A stretch of 64,000 nucleotides of DNA from NCBI RefSeq assembly GCF_009914755.1, contig NC_060939.1; one strand, written 5' to 3'. Source of the DNA: the human T2T-CHM13v2.0 reference genome, Homo sapiens. Below the pieces are notes generated by a model. That model was given only the letters and a program-made list of their open reading frames with translations, searched no databases and was not told the origin of the DNA. Shown here piece after piece: positions 49,785 to 64,000 of the stretch. The translations under genes and the position numbers were made by a program. Each line of letters opens with the position of its first letter. Position 1 is the first letter of the stretch.

Positions 49785-50083
49785 GGGTGGGGCACAGTGG
49801 TACACACCTGTAATCTCAGTACTTTGAGGCTGAGATGAGAAGATCACTTGAGACCAGGAGTTCAAGGTCAGCCTGGGCAGTATAGTGAGACCTCATCTCT
49901 ACAAAAAAATTGTAAAATTAGCTGGGCGTAGTGGCACACACCTGTAGTCCTAGCTACTCAGGAGGCTGAGGCAAGAGGATCACTTGAGCCGAGGAGTTCA
50001 AGGCTGCAGTACGCTGTGTGCACTCCAGCCTGGGCAATGGAGCAAGACCCTGTCTCTTAAAAAAAAAAAAAAAAGAGAGAGAG
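49785..50083 (+). repeat. AluJ-like element
   Basis: consensus match with A/(GA) tail. Confidence 0.88.
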
Positions 50084-51899
50084 AGGAAAGAAATAGGGGA
50101 AATAGTAAAGCAGTATATTTTGTGTTAAATACCCTCACTCTGCTATGTATCTGCATAGCATTTTACCATGCAGAAGTACTGTATTTTCTAAATGGTAACA
50201 TAAAAATTAATGAATATTAAATTTTCTTAACATAGTGATGCTAACTCTAATCTTGTTCTTAACTATTGAATAATGTTACTTCTCCATAATGTTAACAAAT
50301 TGAAAGTGCTACTATGGATATTGACACTGATTTTTCTGTGAAAATGATAAATTTTCAGTTTTTAAAAATTATTTTTTAAATAGATGCTGTGAGAGACCGT
50401 CTGATCCAATTGTTTTATTAATCTACCATACAATAAAACTAGACCTACATCTTTTAAAGGAAAAATTTAAGCATCTACCGAATATAATATTAAAATGCCA
50501 CCTGTAACTCTTAGAGAAGTGTCTAAGGATTATTTGAAAATGTCTGCTTTCCTTTTGCATGATATATATATCTTTATGAAAATAGGTTATAGTGATTAAC
50601 CTAGATATATTCCATTCAGTTGTATAATTGTGATGATAAACAGTTCTTAAACATGTCCAAAGAAGCCAAAAGCCAGTAGGCAGTAAACTGTTCACATTCC
50701 TAGGAGGGTAACATATTTTGTCTGGATCACTGGGTTTTGTATATAAACTTAAGAAATTGAGTCCTTGATCCTATGTCCTTTTGAGAATTATCACCGACTG
50801 GCATAAGTGATTAGATTAGATAAATATATTGAATGTGTTTGTGGAAGATGAGAGGGGATGCTAAACAGGAAGTATAGCAGGAAGACTGGCAGTTTCTGCT
50901 TTTGTCTTAGTATCTTTGAGAGATAGTGCTGTTTCCTGCTAAGTAATTTTGCGTGTTACAGAGTATTTAAACACTCATATGCATGGTGTTCGAGTTCACA
51001 AAGGGAGTGTGGAATGACCCTCTTCAAACCATCCTATCACACTGGTTTTCTTTTTTCTAAACCACAGTTACTTTTGCACCAACCTAATACTAAGCTTTCC
51101 TCTTTGTAGACAAACAAGAGGTGGTTAGAAATGTTTTAGACAAATCTATTTGATTTGAAGTAGGTATTTTTGAGTGCACAGGTTAAATTCCTGCACAGCT
51201 GCAAGTATACTACATGACTTTGTAACAGGACATTCAGTTACAGCTCCTAGGTCCTGTGGTCTGTATAAAAAAGAGCTGTACCCATAGGCCTTTCAGAAGT
51301 GCCTCCTAGAGTAGTGTTTACAAAGACTTAATTTTAAATGTAATTCTCATTCCTTCTTTGATTAAAGATCTGTAACATGACAGTTGTTTGATCATATCAT
51401 GTTTTCACAGTTGTCCAGAGTGTTCTTTTTATTGTAATTACATGTATAAAGGGGTATTTTTGGAAAAGTGAAGAATCACCTTTGATAGTGTCCTAGTGCA
51501 GTTGTTACCTGCATCTATCCCTGTTAAATACCGTTAGCCTGTTTCTCCAGCACACAGCTAAAGCATTTTGCCAGTTGTTAAACATGGAAAAGTCAAACTT
51601 CAGAAAATAACTAGTCACCACTTTACACCAGGCAACTTCACTGAAAAGTTTTCTTATGAAACTCACTGCATTTTACAAAATGAGGAGTCTATTTTAAAAT
51701 AGGTAAGATGTGTTCCTTAACTTCCCGTGTAAAAACTTGGCCTCAAACCTTGCTAGAGTTCTTATATTGCTGCTTAAGCACTGTCCACACACACTGTTTT
51801 TGGGGGGAGTGAGGTCTCGTTTCATTTCCTGTATCCTTTGTAACAAGGGTTGTTGGCTTTAGCAGCAGCATTCAAACAGTTAAGACTGTCTTAAGGAAA

Positions 51900-52135
51900 C
51901 AAGCAGCCTCAGCCCTCCCTCCTTCCCTTTCTCAGCCAGTCTCTGGCTTCCTCTTACGATTTCACTAATGGCAGCTCAAAGCTGCTGAGCTCTGCCCTGA
52001 CGGCATGCGCCCCCGCTTCTGTGAGAGCACGCTTCCTGGCATGGGGGTCGAATCATGTCGATAAAATGGGCTCGGTTTCATGAAGTACCCCACATAACAG
52101 TGAGATTCATAGGACCAAAGCATGGGGAGGTAAGA
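51900..52135 (+). promoter_or_regulatory. Candidate internal promoter / alternative first exon of AKAP13 (coding part 52055-52129, MSIKWARFHEVPHITVRFIGPKHGE)
   Basis: about 8 CpGs in 120 bp within a CpG-depleted intron; ETS-like cttcct/ggaa motifs; GAG|gtaaga donor at 52129; ATG 52055 (A at -3) opens 25 codons ending in phase 0, matching exon 55302. Confidence 0.5.
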
Positions 52136-54496
52136 GCCTGACTTCTTTAAAGCACTAAATTCTAGTAAACACAGAAAGAGCCAGTGGAGTTGGTTGTTTT
52201 GTTTTGTTTCCATCCTGGGAAGAACTAATTTGGATTGTTGCAAAGGGAAGCTATTTCTTATTTATTCAGGTTTGAAGAGCATTGCAAGGCTTGAGAGGAT
52301 AAGCTGGTTGCCATAAAAAGATTTTTTAAACGATTGAAGTATAATTTAACTTTCCTGAGCAAAAAAATCAGATGCTTTTCCATTTAACATTTTATGCATG
52401 GAAAAACCTTTAGCAAAATTTAGTTAAAAGAAAGAAATTATTTGAAAAAACCCAAATTTAGTTGTTGATTATTACTAAAGTTTTATGTACTTTAGTGATT
52501 ACCAATTTTCACTCAGAACAGCTTCCTGTTTTGTAAAGTGAAGGAGTTTTTCTCCCTTCCTCTCTCATTATTTTTTATAGTTCAAAAGTGTAGTAATTTG
52601 GCTCTTAGATGTTCATTATATGTATTTGATTAACAAAAGACTTCACATGAATCATAGATCTAGCAATTATTTACCATTTCATTACAGTGGTTGGGTTCTG
52701 AACAGAAAGTCAGAAGACCTGGGTTCCCATTTTGACTGTGCTGATCATCTGTTGTGTGACCTTTTGCAAGTCAACCAACCTCTCCAGTCCCTGGCAGCAT
52801 AGTGCAGTGTATGAGAGCTGAGCTTTACAGTCAGCCAGATCTGAATCTTAATTTCAGCTTGAGCAGTTATTGGCGTGTGGCCTCAAATGCATTATTAAAC
52901 ATCTCTAAGCTTCAATCTCTTCAGATGTAAAATGGAGATAATACCTAGTATTATCATTGGGTTGTTGTGAGAAAATACATGTAAATTGCTTACTACAGTG
53001 CTTAGCACGTAGTAACTGTTCAGATTTTTAGCTGTTATTTATTATCTTTATCCTCTACGTTGTAAAATGGGAAGCATAATGCTCACCCTGCCCACTTCAG
53101 AGTTATTGAGTCAGACGAAATGATGTATGTAGAAGACATTGATTCAAAATGTTAAGGCATTTAGTAGTTGTCATGATCACTGACTTGGGACACCCATTTT
53201 CCTGGAATTTTTTTAGGACATAACAATGGTATTGACAATAGGTAAAACCTCTTACCTTGTGAATGGTAGGTCTTTGTAGTCCAGTTGGTTTGAAAGGAAA
53301 TTATTTCATTGATACTGATAAGCCAGCCAAGTACTCTGCCAAACAGTGCTTCTAAAGGACCTTTTATGGAGAGCATGGTTATATCCCCATGGTCCTGGCC
53401 TCCTAAGGATGGTGTCCACCTGAAATGTCCCTGACTGCTTTAGATATTTCATTAAGGACCCACCACTCATCAGTAGTTCTTCAAGTTTTCAGTGTTTGAA
53501 TTCCTTTCCGTTCCTCTTCATGACTGTGTAAGCTTTGACAACAGCCTCTCTTAGATTGAGGCTTGATGTCATATGAGTCCTCTGCTTTCAGTCTGTCTCT
53601 AGAACATTTCTGACATTCCTGCAGTATTCTTAAGGTGACATGGCCAACTTAATCTGGCACTTAGAGCTCCTGACTCTCAGCCCAGTGCCCCCACTGTTCA
53701 CCCAGTCTCATGTCTCATTTGCTGGTGTCCCCTGTGCTTTGTACCTAGCCCGGTTTTGGCCTGCTCAGTAAGTAGAAGCACCTGGGCAGTGGCTGGGCAC
53801 ACAGGAAGCACAAGATGAGTATCAGTTTCTGTTGCCACTCTGACAAGTGAGGGAAGACCACAGGAAAGAAAGGAGCTTCACAAAAGAGGTCAGAGAGCAC
53901 GGCGTAGGAAGCTTATCTTTCCAACCTAGGGACACTGCCTGCTTTTCCTGCCTTCCTGCACCCCTAGGTACTCAGGGTAGAGGAGTGAGCTACTAAGCCT
54001 TGGGACTTCCTTTCCCTGGAACCCCATTTTTTTAAAGGAAGTGACCCTGTTGGTATCTAGCTTGAGGAACAACAAAGGTGGTTTTTGAGAAAAATTATTA
54101 ACAAGGCTCCTTCCTGTCATCCGTGCATTCTCCTATCCTCCCTGCCCTGCACCGTTGTCCTTTAGCCACTCCCCAATTTCTTCTATCTTCCCTGCTCACA
54201 TCAAAACTTCCTTTCCCTTACTGCAAGCAATACCTTTCTGTGTTGGCTTAGGAGAATAATGAGCTAATGAAACTCATTTCCAGTAAATTATGAGTAATTA
54301 ATAATATTGCTAAGCATTATTGTGTATTCACTGTGTGCCAGGCACTGTGCAAAATGCTTTAGAAATGTATTATCTCACCTAATTGTCATATGTTTTAAAA
54401 AACATATGAGATGGGTACTTTTGTGATTACTCCCATTTGACAAATGAGAAAACTAAGGCTCAGAGAAATAATTTACCTAGGGTCACGCTATTACTG

Positions 54497-54569
54497 AGTA
54501 GTAGTAGTGGTGGTGGTGGTGATGGTGGTGGTGGTGGTGGTGGCAGTAGTGGTAGTAGTGGTAGTAGTA
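54497..54569. repeat. Compound (GTA)n/(GTG)n trinucleotide repeat within a MIR-like relic
   Basis: seen directly; flanks cccatttgacaaatgagaaaactaaggctcagag are MIR core. Confidence 0.88.
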
Positions 54570-55301
54570 CCTGAATCTGAACCGAGGTCTGGTACCATCG
54601 TCCGTATTCTTAACCACTGTACGGTTTTCCAGCCTCCCCTTCTTATCAGTCTCCTCTTGCCGGTTTGAAAATTAGGGCAAAGTTAATATTTACAAACCTT
54701 AAAATTCTAATTAGCAGAAACTGAAAATGTATATGTGGGGCATATTTAATATTTCTAACTAGAGTAAAGGAGGAGACTTTATACATACTCCGTCACTTAG
54801 GGATATGCAATTGATGTGAGAAAGAGAGGAGCCTCGGTAATTTTTCATGCCACCCAGGCATCTTTTTTTCCCTCAGGCTGATCCCAGAATTGCTGCCACC
54901 CTTTTTTCTGCCCTCTGCCTAAAGCTGGCCCTAAACCCATGACTCTCTTCCTGTGTGGACTGTGCTGTAGCTTGCTGAGGAAGGGCTGTACTGAGGTGTC
55001 AGAAGCCTCCTTGCAGTGCTGGTCCTTGGGTATTGTGTCTGTTGGTAGAAGTAACCAATGAATAAGCCACTGCCAGAACTGTTCCGCCTGCCCAGTTTTC
55101 GTGTGAATTTTCTAATGTAGCTTGCGTGCCAACGCCTTAATTTAAAAAAACAAAACAAAACACTTTGCCCAGAACTTTGTTTCTCACTCCTTTCCAAAAT
55201 AGTCACCAGCTGTTGTTAACCACATGCCATCTGGGTGCCCAGGTAAGGAGAAAGCCCTCCAGTGTTCAATTAACTGTGGATTATTTTCTTTTCTTCGGCA
55301 G

Positions 55302-55476
55302 GAAAAGGAAAAAGAAAAAGATAAGATTAAGGAGAAGGAGAAAGATTCTAAAGACAAGGAGAAAGATAAGAAGACTGTCAACGGGCACACTTTCAGTTCC
55401 ATTCCTGTTGTGGGTCCCATCAGCTGTAGCCAGTGTATGAAGCCCTTCACCAACAAAGATGCCTATACTTGTGCAA
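55302..55476 (+). CDS. AKAP13: AKAP13 coding exon (EKEKEKDKIKEKEKDSKDKEKDKKTVNGHTFSSIPVVGPISCSQCMKPFTNKDAYTCA), 175 nt, phase 0 to 1; EK-rich tract plus N-terminal half of the C1-type zinc finger
   Basis: ttcttcggcag acceptor, CAA|gtaaga donor; H-x12-C-x2-C pattern; ORF 55224..55589. Confidence 0.96.
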
Positions 55477-55686
55477 GTAAGAGACATGCTTCTTCCTCTC
55501 GTAAGATGGAACTCTCTTGGCTCAAGAAAGCTCATTTCTTGTTTCCTGTCCCCACTCATTATCTGTTCCTCATTTATGTGGAGAAGTAACCCTTTTTATA
55601 TCTTTCTTTAGACATGATAAAAGAAAGAAATTCTAGATGTATAACATACAGCCTATATTTTTTTCAGACAGCCCCAATTTCAAATA

Positions 55687-56046
55687 CAGTCAAGTTAAGA
55701 TGGTTCAGCCTAGCTTTTTAACTTTACAGTGGTTCAAAAGCAATACACGTTCAGTAGAAACTGTACTTTGAGTGCTGGTACACTCATTTCGTTTTTCACA
55801 TTTAGTGCAGTATTCAATAAATTACATGAGATAGTCAACACTTTATCATAAAACTGGCTTTGTGCTAGATAATTTTGGCCAACTATAGTCTAATGTAAGT
55901 GTTTTGAGCATGTTTAAGATAGGCCAGGCTAAACTATGATGTCCAGAAGGTTAGGTGTATTTAAATGCATTTTTGACTTAATAGTATTTTCAATTTACCA
56001 TGGGTTTATGTGGATGTAGCCTCATTGAAAGGATGAGGAGCATCTG
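55687..56046 (-). mobile_element. Tigger3a/MER7-like DNA transposon relic
   Basis: ends in gaggagcatctg (reverse complement cagatgctcctc); internal ggttaggtgtatttaaatgcattttt. Confidence 0.7.
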
Positions 56047-56332
56047 CACTCTGTTCTATGATCTCTAAACCACTGCACGTTTTAAAAGTCTGTGTCAGCA
56101 TCAAAATTATCCATAACCCCAAACCCTAAAGCTACTCAGTGGTCTTCTGTTAGATCATATGTGCTCATTTTTATTCTATTACTTTGGTATATGCTTCAGC
56201 CATTACCAACATTAAGCCATAGTGACGGCCAAGGGAGAGCACCTCCGTGCTCAGGGACATTCTGTGCTGACCTGCTGAAAGCCAAGTCTGCTAACTGAGC
56301 ATTGTTCCTGGTTTTGATAAGACACTCTCAGG

Positions 56333-56657
56333 CAGGAGTTGCTTAACTTTTTCTGTACAAGACCAGATAAAAAGTATCTTAGGCATCGTGACCCACATGG
56401 TCTCTGTCACAATTCTTGAACTCTGCAGTTGCAGTGCAAAAGCAGCCGTAAGCAATACATAAACCAATGAGTGTGATTCCAATAAAACTTCACTTATGGA
56501 TACTGAAATTTGAATTTCATAAAATTTTTGTTATGTAATAGTTTTTTGATTTTTAAAAACTATTTAAAATGTAAAAATTATTCTTAGCTCATGGGCTATA
56601 CAAAAATAGGCTTCAAGCCACATTTAGCCCACAGACCATAATTTGCACGTTTTTGCT
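56333..56657 (+). mobile_element. MER58B-like hAT relic
   Basis: aactttttctgta...ttccaataaaactt...gaaatttgaatttcat...ccataatttgc. Confidence 0.7.
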
Positions 56658-56982
56658 GTAAGGCAGTGCATCTCAAAATTTTGTCAGTGCACAGATCAAA
56701 AGTAGTATTTGTAGAGCATACCAGGGTAAGTCAAGGAGGCTGCTTCTGGTCAGAGGTGACAGTCTGGAGTTCCAGCCAGTCCAGGGCCAGTCCAGTCACC
56801 CGGAAGGCTGAGGTAATTAACATGATACTATATCTATAACCAATTCAGATGTTATAGTGACGAATTCAGATGTCAAGGAGCAACTCTCAGACCATGATGT
56901 CCTGAAATCTTGTTTTCAGTCATTTATGTTGGATATCCCAAGTAATTTCTTACTAAAAATAGTTAACTTACTGAAATCTGAT

Positions 56983-57472
<490 letters not shown>

Positions 57473-59312
57473 TTACTTCTGTGATGATTTTCACTCACTT
57501 TCTTGCTTGGAAGAGGAGGAGTGGAGTTACAGCTAGCACACAGCCTGTCTAATCTGTGCTACAGTTCCTGTGACTTTTTGATATGACTGACTTTATGACA
57601 CACATTCATGTAAAATGATTTTTATTGGATGTTACACCCCCAAAGTAGTCAGCAACACTATTTGTTTTACTGTCCTATTTTTTCAAAAGTAACCAAAAAC
57701 CATGAGAGCTCTCACCCGAATCCTCATGCATCCCTGTGGGCAGAGATCACACACATTAATGTCATCCTTCATTTGTGACTTACCAGACCATTGAGAGCCA
57801 CTACCACATAATAATAATTTCATGTAACCTCTAGGAAACAAGAGACTGTCACTGTTCAGTATTCCTCCAGTGTTTATTTTGGAACCCAGGTTCTAATAGG
57901 ACTCTTCTGGGACACCAGTCGGAGGTCTATAGTTTAGTTTTTTAGCCATTGGACACAGTTAGCTTCTTAGTACTGGAATAACCTGGTTGCCTAGAGCAGT
58001 AATCACCAAGCATTTTATAGCATGTTCACCTATTATTAAAACATTTTTAGCATACTCACATAGGATACATACATAACATAAAAATTACATACAAGTCCTA
58101 CTGTGCCATACTTTCCAAGAGCTCATTCTAAAAATAAGTCTCAGAATTGCCATTTTCTTGTTTTCTGGTTAGTTATTAGTATGATTAGTATTGTCTTTGA
58201 TTCATGACTTCTTTGAAGGAATTTGTGTAACTCTCATCATTTTCATTTGATTTTAGTGGAAACCAGGTAATATAATCCATAAGCCCACTTTATTGGATAC
58301 CTGTATGTTTCCATTCATCACAACATGCTGAAAGTAAACAAATGTGGATTATGCATGCCCAGCCCATCTCCTGAGTGAAGAATACCCCGCTCCCTTAAGA
58401 AACCTCTAGTGTCACATATAAAGTGAGGCTGCCTAACATAAAGACTGAGCGAGGCACCCACTTATCAATTAGACATTAACTCAATTTTTCTTCTACGTTA
58501 AGGAGTCATTTTAAATAAGAGCTGTAAAATCTTCCTCCTGTGTTCCAAGGGATTGTTTTTTACATCCCTCCTTGCAGTGTGCCAGTTCTTCTTTTGGAGA
58601 GCACTGATCTCAGAAAAACGGGAAGAGGCTGTATTTCTTGATTGGCAGTATGAAATTAATATTCAGGGAACTTCATCAGTAAAGCAGACTAGATACCTGC
58701 CTTCTGCTATAAAATATAAAATGCTAAATAAAATCTATTTTTTAAAAAATTAATACATAGCTGAACCTGCCAAATAGAAAATTCCTGAGGGAACTCAGAG
58801 CAGTAAAGAGCATGCCCCCTCATTTGGGGTCAAGATATGCGGCCTCAGGGTATGTAGTGGGAGCTGGGACTGAGACCCCTGTATAAGAAATGCTGTTTTA
58901 AGACTAACATCCATGATGAAGGGCCTTGGAAAATTCTACCCAGTGGCCTTCAGAAGCAGAAAGGAACCTTACAGTCTCCCCAGGTCCCTGAGTGAGAATT
59001 GATGAATCTGGAGTCCAAGTTTACACCGTCTGTATGTGCTAGAACTTCAGGCTAAGAAACTTTCACAAGAGGTTACATGAAATTCCAGTTTAGGAATGAC
59101 AGATCCTTGAGGGACCCAGCCTGTAGCAGATGTAGAACTGCTCCATTGGGTTAGGTTGACAAATCAGTATACCCAAGGCTACGGCAGGAGGAATAAAATC
59201 CTATGAAGCCGAGCTCATGATAAAAGATACATAGATGCCACATAAGGAAGTAAACCACCATGAGGAAGAATTAGGGGATGTACAAGCAAGAGATGTTGAA
59301 AATCACTAAAAG

Positions 59313-59728
<416 letters not shown>

Positions 59729-60209
59729 TCATGGATTTTTTCAAATATTTCAGCATATTGTCCTGATTTATAATTGTTTATAAAGGAATAAGATGGCTTC
59801 TACTCTGTTGTCTGCATTAGTAAGGGGAGAGCTTCAGTCTAGAAAGTCTTAATGACTTCACACTGGATTTGTTTTTTACATTTAATCATAAATAATTGTA
59901 CCCTTAAGTCCTTGATCTTATATGAAGTCAATCAACAAAGTTCATTTGACTGAATTCTGCAAGCTACTGTGTTTGATATGTGATTCATACAAAAGCAGTT
60001 TGTCAACAAATATTTATTGAATATCAATATGAGTCAGGCACCCACAGTGGCTTAAAAAAAGGAATTCTAAAATGATCCTTCGTACTTATTTATTGTGAAC
60101 TTGTTTATATTCTGGAAAAATTGAAAGCAATTTAAATATCCATCCATAAAATATAGTATATTTTGTATAGTATATAGATGGATAGGCTGATACTAAAGAG
60201 AGAATATAA

Positions 60210-61054
<845 letters not shown>

Positions 61055-61186
61055 GGAGAGATTTGCAGGTGCAGACAGAGCTCTCCAAGACATTTTGATG
61101 AGTTGGAAAGTCAGTAAATAGAACAATATATACAGCATGATCCTAGTTTATGGAAAACAAACAGTTTATATAAATTTACAAAAATA

Positions 61187-61483
61187 TGCCAGGGATGGTG
61201 GCTCACAGCTGTAATCCCTGCACTTTGGGAGGCTGAGACGGGCAGAACACCTGAGGTCAGGAGTTCAAGACCAGGCTGGGCAACATGGTGAAACCCCATC
61301 TCTACTAAAAAACAAAAAATTAGCTGGGCGTGGTGGTGCATGCCTGTAATCCCAGCTACTCAGGAGGCTGAGGCAGGAGAATCACTTGAACCCAGGAGGC
61401 AGAGGTTGCAGTGAGCCAAGATCACACCACCGCACTTTAGCGTGCGCAACAAGAGTGAAACTCTATCTCAAAAAAAAAAAAAA
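61187..61483 (+). repeat. AluS
   Basis: consensus match; flanking tttacaaaaatat repeat. Confidence 0.9.
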
Positions 61484-63381
61484 TTCTTTTTACAAAAATA
61501 TCTGAAAGGCTATACACCAAACTGTTAACAATCTGAAGAAAGAGAAATAAGGAGAAAAGGAGTTGAAGAGGACTCTTTATTTTATTCTTTTAGATTGTTT
61601 GAATTTTTAGAGAATGTACTTACATATTATTTGTATGTCTAAAAACAAAATGTAAATATTGGACCACTGATAGTTTCAAAGGTTTTTCTAGTTATTTATC
61701 AGCTGATCTCTGATGAAGGCACAAAATAAGTTGGTATTTGATTTGAGAATTTAATGGACAAAGCAGAATTACTACCAGAACAGAGTAAGCTTATAAGCCT
61801 TGAGGAGAGTTGTTCTACCACTGTTATTGATAGCACCAGCTTGAATCAGAAGTAGTATAGTTGATCTACCAACTCTCAGTTCTGGATTGTGATGTGAAAC
61901 ATTATCAGGAGATTTAAGGTTGAAAGTTATAGACAATCTTTTTGAAGACCCAAAGAATCTTGTGCTATAGAGGACAATAGATTTAAGAACCGTTGGCTTA
62001 TGGTTATAATGAGTGGCTGTACCTTTCCATGACTAGCTCCAGATAATTTTGCAATTTTAAGTTCAGGCTAAAAGAAGTTGTCTAATATATGCCAGTGTAT
62101 ATTTAGCCTTGTATTGCCATTGACTTGTGTATATACATTATTTCTAGGTTACAAATAGTTGAAATTTGCCCTCTTTGGCTATATTAAGTCTTTGTCTACA
62201 TTAGACTATCACTCAGAATTAAACCTGTAACTGGCATATAATAAATTTATCAGATAGCAGAAATATTCAGTTAATGTAGGAGAATGCACAGGCATCCTAA
62301 GCCCATTTTTGCTTTCTTGATATGTCTTCCTGTTAAACATGATAGAAATTCTCTTTTACTGGACTCCCTGGATGATGAAGCACACATAGCTAGGACACCA
62401 CAAGTTATTAGACTCCTTATGCTATCAGTGTCGTATGTGCTAGAACCGCCTCTGGAGAGCAAGATCTGGGTTACCTCTTGGAGACTTCCATTGCCCAACG
62501 ATGCCAGAGGTACCCGTGGAGAATCACTTGTGTAGGGTTTGGTATTGACTGGGGAAAACTGTAGGAAAGGTTTGAGGGTCTGAGATTCTCAGCCACACTT
62601 CTGTGTAGTAATTAGTTTAATGGATAGGGCAGTAGCTTTCAGGATGTCAGGTGTTTGGAAGCTCCACAGATTTCTGAATTTGTGTATATTTAAAACTACA
62701 TAAAAACGTACCTTCTTAAAGGTATAATTCCCAAATTTTAACATCAACGTATCAGCTTTAGCTATCAGCCTACCTATTCATTTGTATTTTTCCTTCCATC
62801 TCTAATTAATTGAAGATTATACTGTGATTGCAAGGCAAGCCATTAAAAAAAAACTGCTAATATTGGTTATTTATCTACATGAAGAACGTTAAGATGTTCT
62901 CTGTGTCATGTACTCAAAATTAAATAAAGAAATTAGAGGTTGTGGTAGGTAAGTGAATTGCGAATGTCATGCACCTCTGACCTCACGTTTTTAGTTCATC
63001 ACAGCTGCTTCATTGTTCTCATTAACTTTGAAAGTAAATATTAAAATTGCAACTCAAAATAAATCTGTACTGTTTTACATATCTGAACACAGTATATTAA
63101 TATTTCATATAAGACTTTTTAGAGTTTTTCTAGTATTTTGGAAAACCAGTGAAATAGTGGATTGGCTACTGGTTCTGTGCTAATAGTGTTTATAAGTGGA
63201 ATGGGACTTTTTTTAATATGAAGTCACCCAAGGAATTTGCTTTTTCTGGAGGCACGTTATTTCATGAAGTCCAGTGTGTTATCACTAGACTAAAGTCTTT
63301 TCTGTTTGGGAAGTCTGTCGGTGGGGACAGGGGTCATAATAACCTTTGCTAGTTGTTCTTTGATTTTTGGTAATGGCTTGA

Positions 63382-63817
<436 letters not shown>

Positions 63818-64000
63818 TAAGTTGGGCTTGACTGTTACCCTAATATGCACCTAAGTTTCAAAAATACATTCTTTAATTTGCATACCACCCTACTCCAGAA
63901 GTAATGTAGAAATAGTCTCAACATCTGGTGATAGCATTAAGGTTTATGCAAGACAGTCTGCAGCCTGCCTCTTATAAAAAGAAGGGGGTAGGCCAGGCAC

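Noticed and set aside
55243-55301. 59-nt intron between the orphan donor and the C1 exon acceptor
   Set aside because: Shorter than the usual human minimum intron size, and it would shift the frame of ATG 55224

Overview
Primate (almost certainly human) genomic DNA lying wholly inside the AKAP13 (AKAP-Lbc/ARHGEF13) gene on the + strand. By hand I can splice ten phase-compatible coding exons, from INRENWCTIEP... through the RRHSWGP PKA/14-3-3 site to the EK-rich tract and the start of the C1 zinc finger; two of them are alternative phase-2 exons of 54 and 66 nt. The rest is intron: about 45 Alus, a 5'-truncated L1PA with a 15-bp TSD, an MLT1 solo LTR with a 5-bp TSD, DNA-transposon relics, a U6 retrocopy and microsatellites. 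Most ORFs in the supplied track are Alu/L1 artefacts. I found no prokaryote-style system such as CRISPR. The most interesting signals are: (i) an in-frame 123-nt cassette exon (38980-39102) with RBFOX/QKI motifs downstream, absent from the canonical protein as I remember it; (ii) a CpG/ETS-rich candidate internal first exon (ATG 52055, donor 52129) that splices in frame to the C1 exon; (iii) a ~105-bp insertion (32375-32480) built from snap-back hairpins plus a perfect 32-bp inverted copy of DNA 1.35 kb away, resembling a fossil polymerase-theta repair scar; (iv) a tail-to-tail Alu pair enclosed by one TSD. Repeat boundaries and subfamily calls were made by eye and are approximate.
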